Below are positions 28,093 to 37,182 of a stretch of 64,000 nucleotides of DNA, one piece after another. Below the pieces are notes generated by a model, which had not been told where the DNA came from, did not search any database, and saw nothing but the letters and a program-made list of their open reading frames with translations. The DNA lies in the NCBI GenBank assembly GCA_023411175.1, contig JAEYPB010000043.1:19324-83323 (forward strand). Direction: 5' to 3'. The DNA is from Bacillota bacterium. Lineage in GTDB: Bacteria; Bacillota; Clostridia; Christensenellales; Aristaeellaceae. The translations under genes were made by a program, and so were the position numbers. Each line of letters opens with the position of its first letter. The first letter of the stretch is position 1.

Positions 28093-29529
28093 ATGGACGA
28101 GGGGCTCTTTGAACGGCTGGAAGCCTACGCGGCGAAGGGCATTCTCGCGATGCATATGCCCGGCCACAAGCGCGGCGCCGGTGCGGCCGGGTATCTCGCC
28201 GGGCTGGGCGCGCGCCTCGACATCACTGAAATCGACGGCTTCGACAACCTGCATGCGCCCGAGGGAATCCTCAGGGACGCGATGGCCCGTGCCGCCGCGC
28301 TATGGGGCAGCGGGCGCGCTTATTTTCTTGTGAACGGCGCGACCGGAGGCATCCTTGCGGGTGTGCGCGCGCTGACAACGCGCGGCGACAAGGTGATCGT
28401 CGCCCGGAACAGCCACCAAGCCGTATACCACGCGCTGGAATTGATGGAGCTGGACGCGGCCTATGTGCTGCCCGCCTTTGACGAGGTCACCGGGCTGCCC
28501 GGCTCGGTGACGCCGGAGTCCGTGGAGCAGGCGCTCCGCGCGCACCCGGATGCGCGGCTCGTCATTGTCACCAGCCCCACCTACGACGGCGCGGTTTCAA
28601 ACATCGCATCCATCGCCCGCGCCGCCCACGCCCGGGGCGTTCCGCTTCTCGTGGACGAGGCCCACGGTGCGCATCTGGGGTTTCACCCGTACTTTCCCGG
28701 CGGCGCGGTGCGCGCGGGGGCGGACATCGTCGTCCAGAGCGTGCACAAGACGCTGCCCAGCCTCACCCAGACCGCCATCGCCCACGCGGGCGGCCTGGCC
28801 GACCCGGATCGCTTTCAGGCAGCGCTGGACATCTTCCAGACCACCAGCCCTTCCTACCTGCTCCTCGCCTCCATCGACGGTTGCGTCCGGCTGATCGAGC
28901 GGGAGGGTGAATGCCTGTTTGAGGCCTGGGCAACGCGGCTCTCGGGCTTTGAAGATGCAACCCGCGCGCTTCGGCGCATCGCCCTTTTGGAGCGCGGCGA
29001 AAATGAACGGTCGATGTTCGCCTTTGACCGCAGCAAGATCGTCATCTCCACCCGGGGGCTGAACCTTACCGGCCCCAAGCTGATGGATTTGCTCCGCGCG
29101 CGGCACGGCATCGAACTGGAAATGGCGGCCCGGGACTACGCGCTGGCGATGACCGGCCTCACAGAGCAGGACGGCGCGCTGGAAGCGCTGGCTGCGGCGC
29201 TCCTTGAAATTGACCGCGAATGCGCCCCGGCAAGCGCCCTGGACTCTGGCGGCGCGCCGTTTTTGCCGGAACGGGCCATGCCCATCGCCCAGGCGCTCCT
29301 GATGGAACGGGAGGCCGTGCCGGTTTCTGAGGCCGCAGGCCGCGTCAGCGCCCAGTACGCCTGGGCGTATCCGCCCGGCATCCCGCTGATCGCGCCGGGC
29401 GAAGTGGTGGACGGCCGCTTCCTCCGCGAAGCGGCGCGGGGCCTTCGCGCCGGGATCGCCCTTCGCGGCGGCCCCGCGGAGGGGCTTCATTGGGTCGTTC
29501 GCGGCGCGCAGGCCGTTCCCCCGAAATAA
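28093..29529 (+). CDS. PLP-dependent Orn/Lys/Arg decarboxylase family protein
   Basis: N-terminal MHMPGHKRG and the PLP-lysine region SVHKTLPSLTQTA are typical of the family. Confidence 0.8.
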   Translation: MDEGLFERLEAYAAKGILAMHMPGHKRGAGAAGYLAGLGARLDITEIDGFDNLHAPEGILRDAMARAAALWGSGRAYFLVNGATGGILAGVRALTTRGDKVIVARNSHQAVYHALELMELDAAYVLPAFDEVTGLPGSVTPESVEQALRAHPDARLVIVTSPTYDGAVSNIASIARAAHARGVPLLVDEAHGAHLGFHPYFPGGAVRAGADIVVQSVHKTLPSLTQTAIAHAGGLADPDRFQAALDIFQTTSPSYLLLASIDGCVRLIEREGECLFEAWATRLSGFEDATRALRRIALLERGENERSMFAFDRSKIVISTRGLNLTGPKLMDLLRARHGIELEMAARDYALAMTGLTEQDGALEALAAALLEIDRECAPASALDSGGAPFLPERAMPIAQALLMEREAVPVSEAAGRVSAQYAWAYPPGIPLIAPGEVVDGRFLREAARGLRAGIALRGGPAEGLHWVVRGAQAVPPK

Positions 29530-29540
29530 CCTCGCCACGG

Positions 29541-29569
29541 TTGACAGGCAGGGATGCATGCCCTATAAT
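29541..29569 (+). promoter_or_regulatory. Consensus sigma-A promoter (TTGACA, 17 bp, TATAAT) upstream of the SCIFF peptide gene
   Basis: TTGACAggcagggatgcatgcccTATAAT. Confidence 0.55.
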
Positions 29570-29607
29570 GTACGGAAGTAGAAATCCACCGAAGGGAATG
29601 CATCATT

Positions 29608-29745
29608 ATGAAGAGAATCATCACCCTCGAAACGCGCGAACTGAGCGCGAAGACCGGCGGCTGCGGCGAATGCCAGACTTCCTGCCAGTCGGCCTGCAAA
29701 ACCTCCTGCGGCATCGCCAACCAGCAGTGCGAGCAAGAGAACTGA
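29608..29745 (+). CDS. scfA: SCIFF ribosomal peptide precursor (six cysteines in forty-five residues): MKRIITLETRELSAKTGGCGECQTSCQSACKTSCGIANQQCEQEN
   Basis: 45 aa with 6 Cys and the hallmark GGCGECQTSCQSACKTSC motif. Lies immediately upstream of the radical SAM/SPASM maturase. Not in the supplied ORF track because it is below the length cut-off. Confidence 0.85.
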   Translation: MKRIITLETRELSAKTGGCGECQTSCQSACKTSCGIANQQCEQEN

Positions 29746-29813
29746 ACCTCCGGCGTCTCCGGGCCGCCTGACGCATGCGCGCAAGGCGGCATTTTTTATG
29801 ACAGAGGAAACAC

Positions 29814-31181
29814 ATGATCCATCAATATACGCTGAACGGTTACAACATCGTCCTGGACGTCCATTCGGGGTCGGTACACGCGGTCGATCCGCTGGCCTAC
29901 GACGTGATCGCTCTCTTTGAACGCGAAGCGCCGGATGAAATTGTCCGGCGGATGCTGGAAAAGTACGCGGCCGATCCCGCCGTCGACGAGAGCGAAATCC
30001 GCTCGTGCATCGACGACGTGGCTGCGCTGAAAGAGGCGGGCAAGCTGTTCGCCCCCGACCCTTACGAAGGCTTCGCGGTTCCGCCCAGAAAGCCCTACGT
30101 CAAGGCGCTCTGCCTGCACGTGGCCCACGCCTGCAACCTCAACTGCGAATACTGCTTCGCGAGCCAGGGCCGCTATCAGGGCGAGCGAGCGCTGATGTCC
30201 TATGAGGTGGGCGTGCGCGCCATCGATTTTCTGATCGACAACGCCGGGCCCCACAAGACGCTGGACGTCGACTTTTTCGGCGGTGAGCCGCTGATGAACT
30301 GGGACGTCGTCAAGCGGCTGGTCGCCTACGCCCGCGGGCGCGAGACAGCGAGCGGCAAGCGCTTCCGCTTTACGCTGACCACCAACGGCCTTTTGGTGGA
30401 CGACGACGTCATCGAATTCTCGAACCGCGAGATGCACAACGTAGTCATGAGTCTGGACGGCCGCAAGGAAGTGCACGACCGGCTGCGCCGCGACTACGCG
30501 GGGCAGGGCAGCTACGACCGCATCGTGCCGAAGTTCCAGAAGTTTGCGAAGAGCCGCGGCAAAAAGAGCTACTACGTGCGCGGCACCTTCACCCACGAAA
30601 ACACCGATTTTCTGAACGACATCCTGCACATCGCCGACCTCGGCTTTACCGAGATCAGCATGGAGCCGGTGGTCTCCGCCCCCGGCGACAAGAGCGCGCT
30701 GACGGAGGCGGATATGCCCGTGCTGCTCGAGCAGTATGAACTGCTCGCAAAGGAGATGCTCCGGCGCGAGCGCGAGGGGCGCGGCTTCACCTTTTACCAC
30801 TACATGATCGACCTGACACACGGTCCCTGCCTGATCAAGCGACTCACCGGCTGCGGCGCGGGCACCGAGTATTTCGCCGTCACACCCCAGGGCGACCTGT
30901 TCCCCTGCCACCAGTTCGCGTCCGACCCTTCCATGAAGGTGGGAAACGTCTGGGACGGCGTAACCAACCGGGATGTGACGGGCGAGTTCGCGAAGTGCAA
31001 CATCTATGCGCGGCCCGAGTGCCAGGACTGCTGGGCGAAGCTCTATTGTTCCGGCGGCTGCGCGGCCAACGCCTATCACGCCACCGGCTCAATCACCGGC
31101 GTGTACGAGTACGGCTGCAAGCTGTTCAAAAAGCGCATCGAGTGCGCGCTGATGATGAAGGTCGCTCAGGCACAGGGATAA
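29814..31181 (+). CDS. scfB: SCIFF radical SAM maturase (radical SAM core plus SPASM domain)
   Basis: CLHVAHACNLNCEYC (CxxxCxxC) and C-terminal Cys-rich SPASM motifs (CGAG...CHQF...CQDCWAKLYCSGGC). Confidence 0.9.
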   Translation: MIHQYTLNGYNIVLDVHSGSVHAVDPLAYDVIALFEREAPDEIVRRMLEKYAADPAVDESEIRSCIDDVAALKEAGKLFAPDPYEGFAVPPRKPYVKALCLHVAHACNLNCEYCFASQGRYQGERALMSYEVGVRAIDFLIDNAGPHKTLDVDFFGGEPLMNWDVVKRLVAYARGRETASGKRFRFTLTTNGLLVDDDVIEFSNREMHNVVMSLDGRKEVHDRLRRDYAGQGSYDRIVPKFQKFAKSRGKKSYYVRGTFTHENTDFLNDILHIADLGFTEISMEPVVSAPGDKSALTEADMPVLLEQYELLAKEMLRREREGRGFTFYHYMIDLTHGPCLIKRLTGCGAGTEYFAVTPQGDLFPCHQFASDPSMKVGNVWDGVTNRDVTGEFAKCNIYARPECQDCWAKLYCSGGCAANAYHATGSITGVYEYGCKLFKKRIECALMMKVAQAQG

Positions 31182-31192
31182 AAGCATAACCA

Positions 31193-31225
31193 AAAGGCGG
31201 CGATGAAACCATCGCCGCCTTTTTC
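31193..31225. terminator. Bidirectional intrinsic terminator (maturase convergent with flotillin)
   Basis: AAAAGGCGGCGATG-AAACC-ATCGCCGCCTTTTTCT. Confidence 0.5.
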
Positions 31226-31264
31226 TGTCGCCTCAAAGCACTACCGTCTTGTGTCCTCTTCAGA

Positions 31265-32743
31265 TTAGACGGTCTCCGCCGCATCCGCGGCTGCATCGGG
31301 CTTCGGCGCGCCCTCCGGCGCTTCCTTCTGCGCGCGGCCCACCAATCCGCCGGTGGAGATGTCCCGGATCATCTTCGGGACGTCCAGCCCCACCGAGGCC
31401 TTCATCGCCTCGAAGGTCTGGAGCATCGACCCGGTCACGTCCCGGGTGAGGCCGCTGGTCGCGCCCTCGCCAAAGAGGATGATCTTCTCGGTCTTTGCAA
31501 GCGGTTCGCCGATGGCGCGGGCGATCTCCGGCATCCGATCGACCACCATTTCCAGCATCGCGGCCTGCCCGTAGTTCTGCATGGCGTCGGCCTTGAGTTC
31601 CAGCGCCTCCGCTTCGGCCTTGCCCTTGAGGAGGATCGCCTCTGCCTGCCGCTGCGCCTCGTAGAACTGGGCGTCCGCGATGGCCTGACGCTCGGCCCGC
31701 TCGGCCTCGGCCCGGGCGATGCGGGCGTCGCGCTCGGCGTTCGCCTTCTCGCGAATTTCGACGTTGAGCCGCTCGCGCTCGACTTCCACCTGCTGGCGGC
31801 TGAGGTCTGTCTCGCGCTGCAGACGCACCATTTCGGCGGCGGCGCGCTCCTCTTCGAACGTCTTGCGCGCAACTTCCTTCTGCACGTCGTAGGCGATGTC
31901 GGCGTCCGCGCGGGAGCGGTCCTCAAGAATTTTGTACTCGGCCTTTTTGAGCGCAAGAATCTTCGCCTGCTCGGCAATCAGCGCTTGTGCCTCCAGCTCA
32001 GCCTTGTTGCCCTGCTGCCGCGCCTCGGCGGAGCGGATCTGCGTATCGCGCTCGGCCTCCGCCTTGGCGATGGCGGCGTCGCGCATCTTCTCCTGAATGT
32101 TGCGGGTGGCCATGGTTTCGACCACCCTGTCGTCATCGGAGAAGTTCTGGATGGTGATGTTGACGATTTCAAGGCCCATGTTGCGCATGTCGGAAGCCGC
32201 CGCCTTGGAGGTCTCCGCCGCAAACTTGTCGCGGTTCTGCACGAGGTCCGCGATGGTCATGCGGCCGATGATCTCGCGCATGTTGCCCTCCAGCACCTGC
32301 GTGGCGATGGCCGCGATGTCCGCCGGCTTCCAACCGAGGAACTGCTCGGCAGCGGTGGCGATGGATACGTCGTCCGAGCCGAACTTGATGTTGGCGACGC
32401 CATCCACCATGACCGGGATGTACTCCTGAGACGGCACCGGCTGCGTGGTGCGGATGTCCACCTGCATGATGCCCATGTTGAGCTGATCGACGCGCTCAAA
32501 GAACGGAATGACAAAGGTCGCGCCGCCGCGCACGATGCGGTAGCCGAAGCGCTTGACCACCTCGCGCCCGTTATCGTCCTTGACGCGGTACTTCCTGCGC
32601 CGCCCCGAGATGATCAGCGCCACGTTGGGCGCGACCTTGACGTACTGCACACGAAACGCGATCAAAAGTACCATGACCACCACCGCGAGGCCGACCCACC
32701 CGATCCCCGGCAGCATGAACAGCTTGTCCCAATTCACCGGCAT
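31265..32743 (-). CDS. Flotillin-like SPFH/band-7 family protein
   Basis: N-terminal TM, SPFH domain and a long Ala/Glu-rich coiled coil (EAERAERQAIADAQ...). Start set at MPVNWDKL with RBS GGAGGG. Confidence 0.85.
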   Translation of the reverse strand: MPVNWDKLFMLPGIGWVGLAVVVMVLLIAFRVQYVKVAPNVALIISGRRRKYRVKDDNGREVVKRFGYRIVRGGATFVIPFFERVDQLNMGIMQVDIRTTQPVPSQEYIPVMVDGVANIKFGSDDVSIATAAEQFLGWKPADIAAIATQVLEGNMREIIGRMTIADLVQNRDKFAAETSKAAASDMRNMGLEIVNITIQNFSDDDRVVETMATRNIQEKMRDAAIAKAEAERDTQIRSAEARQQGNKAELEAQALIAEQAKILALKKAEYKILEDRSRADADIAYDVQKEVARKTFEEERAAAEMVRLQRETDLSRQQVEVERERLNVEIREKANAERDARIARAEAERAERQAIADAQFYEAQRQAEAILLKGKAEAEALELKADAMQNYGQAAMLEMVVDRMPEIARAIGEPLAKTEKIILFGEGATSGLTRDVTGSMLQTFEAMKASVGLDVPKMIRDISTGGLVGRAQKEAPEGAPKPDAAADAAETV

Positions 32744-32837
32744 CCCTCCAAGCGTCGTTTGTCCCTTGTAGTACGGTGGGCGCTTGCCCGCTCCATTATG
32801 GCACAATTTGTTAATATACACAATACGCAAACGCAAA

Positions 32838-32866
32838 AATGGCGTCCGTTTTCGGACGCCATCCCT
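32838..32866 (-). terminator. Intrinsic terminator for the kinase gene pair
   Basis: ATGGCGTCCG-AAAA-CGGACGCCAT followed by TTTTGCGTTTG (minus-strand sense). Confidence 0.4.
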
Positions 32867-32878
32867 GCACTCAAACCG

Positions 32879-33616
32879 CTACATTTCCGCGTATTCGCCG
32901 TCGCCAGCGACCCGGAAGTTGACGTCTCCCCGCGCGCTGTGCCCGAGGTAGCGGCGGATGTTAGGCCCGTCGCAGCCCTCATAGTGGGCGCGGGCTTCCG
33001 CCTCGTCCGCGCCGCCCAGCATCTTACGCCGGATCAGCCGATCCTTCAGCACCGCTTCGTCCGCCCACAGCGCAATGGCATAATCGCATCCATCCCGAAG
33101 GCCCGAATACCCCGGTTCGTTCAGAAGCAGCCAGTTGCCCTCTACCAAAAGGATTTTACCGGTCACCGGGATGGCGCCATCCACCACATCGTGCAGCCGC
33201 CTGTCGTAAGCGGGCCAGCGCCCGAGGCCAGCCTTCAGCGCGCGCACCGCATCCGCGAGCGCCACCGCGTCAAACGTCTCAGGGCTGCCCTTGACCCGAG
33301 CCATGGGCAAGGTTTCACCATCCCGAACCGCCGTATGGGCTGCAATGTATCGCGCAGGGTAGTGAAAGCCATCCATTGGCAGCGCTTGCAATAGACCCGG
33401 CGCGCGCGCCGCCGCGAGATGCTCCATGAGAAGCGACAGCGTGCTCTTGCCCGCGCCGGGCGGACCCGCGAGGAAGGCGACCAGACGCCCGCCACCCGCC
33501 GCCTGTTGGGCAAAAAGATGGTCGATCAATCCCTCCAGAGTGCGCTCCGACGCTTCGGAGAGCAATGCCGATAGGCCGAATCCGCTGACCGTGAGCTCAA
33601 ACCTGCGCCCCGCCAT
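32879..33616 (-). CDS. P-loop nucleoside/nucleotide kinase family protein (uridine kinase/PRK-like)
   Basis: Walker A GPPGAGKSTL. Its start is 2 nt from the upstream PfkB stop. Confidence 0.6.
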   Translation of the reverse strand: MAGRRFELTVSGFGLSALLSEASERTLEGLIDHLFAQQAAGGGRLVAFLAGPPGAGKSTLSLLMEHLAAARAPGLLQALPMDGFHYPARYIAAHTAVRDGETLPMARVKGSPETFDAVALADAVRALKAGLGRWPAYDRRLHDVVDGAIPVTGKILLVEGNWLLLNEPGYSGLRDGCDYAIALWADEAVLKDRLIRRKMLGGADEAEARAHYEGCDGPNIRRYLGHSARGDVNFRVAGDGEYAEM

Positions 33617-33617
33617 C

Positions 33618-34556
33618 TTACACGTCCTCCCGCACGCTTCGTACCCGCGTCATGCGCTCAAGCTCCTCAAAGTCCCGGAGGGTGCCGGAAGCGCCCACCT
33701 TGCCGACGCACACCGCCCCCGCGGCGTTGGCATAAACGAGACAGTCTGAGAGCCCATAGCCCTTTTCCTGCGCCGCCAGGAAGCCCGACACAAAGGCGTC
33801 ACCTGCGCCGGTGGTATCCACCACCTCCGCCGGAAAGCCCGGCGAGGCGTATTCCTTGCCCTCCGAGAGCGCCACACAGCCTTGCACTCCGCATTTGACC
33901 ACCACCGTCCGAGGGCCCATGCTGGCAAAGATGCGGGCGGCGTCGATTGGCCGGTCGCAGCCGGTGAGGCTGCGCGCCTCCCGCTGGCTGGGCAGGAAGA
34001 TGTCCACATTCTTCAGCACATGGGAAAAGGGCGCGAGATGCTCCTGCGCCATTTCGTTGGTGGCGTCCAGCGCGGTCACAAGGCCTGCGGCCTTCGCCCG
34101 CGCCATCAGCCGCGCCATTCCCTCCCCGTCAAGCCCCGGAAGCCCGAAGGCGCTGCCCACGTACATTAACCCCGCGCCTTCAAAGGCCGCGTCCCGGATG
34201 TCCGGCTCCGCCAGTTGGTGGCTCGCGCCACGGAAGGAGACAAAGCTGCGCTCGCCGTCCGGCCGGATCAAAACCGCCGCCGCAGATGTGGGTGCGTCCT
34301 TCTCCACCAGACGGGCCTCCACCCCCTGCCGGACAAGGCTTCCGCGCAGCAGGTCGCCCAACTCATCTCGACCGACGCCGGAGACCAGCCGAACCTTCGC
34401 GCCGAGCGCCGCCATGTTGCCCGCGGCATTGAACGCGTCGCCGCCGCCGAGCAGCCTGACAAAATCCGCCCGCGTGGTATCCCGGGCCAGCGTCTCCTCC
34501 GATACCGGCTTGACCAACACGTCGCATACCGCAATACCCACACAAAGGATCATGCT
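33618..34556 (-). CDS. PfkB-family carbohydrate/nucleoside kinase (ribokinase-like)
   Basis: C-terminal DTTGAGDAF motif and an N-terminal GG motif region. Start set at MILCVGIAVCD. Confidence 0.8.
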   Translation of the reverse strand, partial: SMILCVGIAVCDVLVKPVSEETLARDTTRADFVRLLGGGDAFNAAGNMAALGAKVRLVSGVGRDELGDLLRGSLVRQGVEARLVEKDAPTSAAAVLIRPDGERSFVSFRGASHQLAEPDIRDAAFEGAGLMYVGSAFGLPGLDGEGMARLMARAKAAGLVTALDATNEMAQEHLAPFSHVLKNVDIFLPSQREARSLTGCDRPIDAARIFASMGPRTVVVKCGVQGCVALSEGKEYASPGFPAEVVDTTGAGDAFVSGFLAAQEKGYGLSDCLVYANAAGAVCVGKVGASGTLRDFEELERMTRVRSVREDV

Positions 34557-34663
34557 TTCTCCCCCATCCTTATGGCTCATGTTTCGATTATAGCAGCCGC
34601 CCGTCTCTCTGCCAATAGCTTCCGCGCGCGAAGGATGCCTCCCCGGCAGGTTCAGTACAGATG

Positions 34664-34693
34664 AATCGCCCGGGCCGTTCGGCCCGGGCGATT
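34664..34693 (-). terminator. Strong 14-bp GC stem-loop immediately downstream of the SBP gene
   Basis: AATCGCCCGGGCCG-TTC-GGCCCGGGCGATT. Confidence 0.45.
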
Positions 34694-34717
34694 GAGAAGG
34701 TTCAATGCGCGCTGGGT

Positions 34718-37048
34718 TTAGGGCGCCGCGGTGGTTTCCGGTTCGACCGCCTCGGCAGCGGGTTCTTCCGTGGCAGCGGGTTCTTCCGTGGCGGCGGGCT
34801 CAGCCGCTTCGGCGGCAGGCACTTCGGCCGCGGGCTCCGTCAGACTGGGCAGTTCCAGCGCCTCGCCGAGGTACGCGTACATCAGCGCCGACGGCCACGA
34901 CCAATGGGCGTTGGGCAGGAAACCCTGCACCTCGTTGTCGGCGAAATCGTAGTACACGTTGGAGTAGAGCGGGATCGTCGGCAGCACTTCGCTGTAGCGC
35001 TGCATCAGCTTCAGCCAGCGCTCGGTGTAGGCCGCTTCGTCGCCGGGCGTGGTCTCCCGCAGGTTCAAGGCCAGAGCGAGAAGCTTGTCGTCGTTGATGC
35101 CGTACTGGTTGAGCGAGCCCTGGTACTCCGAATCGCCGTTAAAGGCGAAGTAGGGATCGAACACGTAGGTGAAGTTCGTAGCGAAGGCGAACATGTTGTA
35201 GGTGCGGCTGGTCTGGCGGTTGACGGAGGCGAGCATCTCGGCAAAGTCCACGTCGGTGATCTGAACGTCAAAGCCGAGGCCCGTGAGATTCGCGGTGATC
35301 ATCTCGTCCAGAAGCGTCGCCGCCTGGCTGTCCTTGAGCTTGGCGAAGTGCAGCCTGAGGGGCAGGAGCGTGCTGTCACCAACCTTGACCGCCTCGACGA
35401 CCGGATTCTCCACCGCGTTGTACGCGCGCAGCGCGGCGCCCTTGAGCAGCTTGTAGCGCACCAGATCGGTGCCTTCGACGAACTTGTCGCCCTTTTCATT
35501 GAGCGTCCAGCCGTCTTTTTCAAGAAGCTCCCTGGCCGCCGCCAGATCGAGCGGGTAGGTGGTTACGAGTTCGCTCATCTCGTTGACGTACTGGTTGACC
35601 ATCCACTGGCCGAGGCCGTAGTAGCTGTAGACCGCCTGGCCGTTGTCGCCGGTGAAGGCCTTGGCGAAAGTTTCCTTGTCCAGCGCATGGGCGATCGCCT
35701 TGCGCACGCTGGCGGAGGCGGTGGGCCCTTGTTCATTGGCGAAGCCGATGAAGCCGTAACCGGAGCGCAGGTAGTTGGAAATCTTGAGCTTCTGTTCCCC
35801 GTAGAGCGAGACGCCCTCGGTGATGACCGCCGCGTCGCTGATCTTGTTGATGATGTTCAGCTCGCCGGCCTCAAGCTTCGCAAGCGCCTCGGCGTTCTTG
35901 ACGGGCACCAGCGTCACTTCGTCGATCAGCGGGCGCTGCCCCTCATAATTGCCCTTGTAGGCGCGGTTGGCCTTGAAGGCAATCGTGCCGGTGGCGCGGT
36001 CGTAGGAGACCAGCTGATAGGGTCCGGAAGTCACCATCGGGTGGCTCAGATAGCCGGTGTCCGGATCCAGAATGGTGGTTTTGAGGAGCTCCGAGGTAAT
36101 GCTGGCCTCGGCTGCCGCCTCGCCCTCCGGCGCGATGTAGGCGCCGTCTCCGTCGTCAGCCACGGTAAAGCCGGGCGCGATGACGCCGATCGGATAAGGC
36201 GTGACGTTGACATAGGTCAGCTCGTAGAAATACGGCAGGTATCCGTTGTAGATGGTCAGGCTGAAGGTGTCTTCGTCGATCAGCCGGACGCCGGAGAATA
36301 CGTTGGATCTGCCGTTAGAATACGCGGTGAACCCGACCAGCTGGCTGTAGCCGTACGTCGCGGCGCCGATTGCCGCGGTCTCCGGCGCGCTCTGCAAAAG
36401 CACGCTGAATGCGTAATCGCGGGCGGTGATGGGCGTGCCGTCGTTGTACGTCAGGCCGGGGTTAACGTCGAATGTATAGGTCTTGTTGCCCGCGCCATCC
36501 ACCTCGGTGCCTGTGACCGTCACGGCGGTGGCGTCCGGGATGTAGCTGGCCTCATTGGTCCAGGCGACGGTGGCGTAGCCATGCAGCATGGCGCGCACGT
36601 CGATGTCGGAGGTGTTGTTTCCCCACATGTCCGTAAAGAAGTTTCCGCTCACTTCGGTGCCGGAGCCGACGGTCACCTTGGAGCCTTCCGCCAGTTTGCG
36701 GACGACCAGGTCGATGGCGGTATCCTCCAAGAGATTGAAGGATTCGGCCGCGGAATAGCCGTCCGACGGGTCGACCGCCTTCGCGGTGTACACCCCCGTG
36801 GGCAGCGTATCAATGGTGGCGATGCCCGTCGAGTCCGCTGTGTACTCGTACGCCAGCTCGCCGGTGTTGTAGCCGCGCACGGTCACCTGCGCGCCGACCA
36901 GAGGGTTGCCCTGTCCGTCCACAACGCGAAGGATCAGCTTGACCGGTGTCTCGACGACCGCGGCCTGCGCATCGCCAACCGCTTCGGCTGCGGCGACAGC
37001 CTGCACGGACACGAGCAGGATCAGAAGAAGCGCCAGGATCTTTTTCAT
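34718..37048 (-). CDS. Orphan family-5 extracellular solute-binding protein (peptide/nickel type), with an N-terminal carboxypeptidase-regulatory-like beta-sandwich and a C-terminal Pro/Ala/Glu/Thr repeat tail
   Basis: Signal peptide MKKILALLLILLVSVQAVAAA. SBP_bac_5-like core. Tail EPAAEVPAAEAAEPAATEEPAATEEPAAEAVEPETTAAP. No permease or ATPase genes adjacent. Confidence 0.75.
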   Translation of the reverse strand: MKKILALLLILLVSVQAVAAAEAVGDAQAAVVETPVKLILRVVDGQGNPLVGAQVTVRGYNTGELAYEYTADSTGIATIDTLPTGVYTAKAVDPSDGYSAAESFNLLEDTAIDLVVRKLAEGSKVTVGSGTEVSGNFFTDMWGNNTSDIDVRAMLHGYATVAWTNEASYIPDATAVTVTGTEVDGAGNKTYTFDVNPGLTYNDGTPITARDYAFSVLLQSAPETAAIGAATYGYSQLVGFTAYSNGRSNVFSGVRLIDEDTFSLTIYNGYLPYFYELTYVNVTPYPIGVIAPGFTVADDGDGAYIAPEGEAAAEASITSELLKTTILDPDTGYLSHPMVTSGPYQLVSYDRATGTIAFKANRAYKGNYEGQRPLIDEVTLVPVKNAEALAKLEAGELNIINKISDAAVITEGVSLYGEQKLKISNYLRSGYGFIGFANEQGPTASASVRKAIAHALDKETFAKAFTGDNGQAVYSYYGLGQWMVNQYVNEMSELVTTYPLDLAAARELLEKDGWTLNEKGDKFVEGTDLVRYKLLKGAALRAYNAVENPVVEAVKVGDSTLLPLRLHFAKLKDSQAATLLDEMITANLTGLGFDVQITDVDFAEMLASVNRQTSRTYNMFAFATNFTYVFDPYFAFNGDSEYQGSLNQYGINDDKLLALALNLRETTPGDEAAYTERWLKLMQRYSEVLPTIPLYSNVYYDFADNEVQGFLPNAHWSWPSALMYAYLGEALELPSLTEPAAEVPAAEAAEPAATEEPAATEEPAAEAVEPETTAAP

Positions 37049-37182
37049 TGTTGGGTCACCCCTTTTCGTACTGTTGGACTAGGTCGGTTCTCGGTGCCCA
37101 AAGCCGGGGACATCCGGTCGGCCGATTGCTCGGCCGGCCGGATGACTGCCCGCTTACGGGCGCTTAAGTATCTGGTTCTCGA

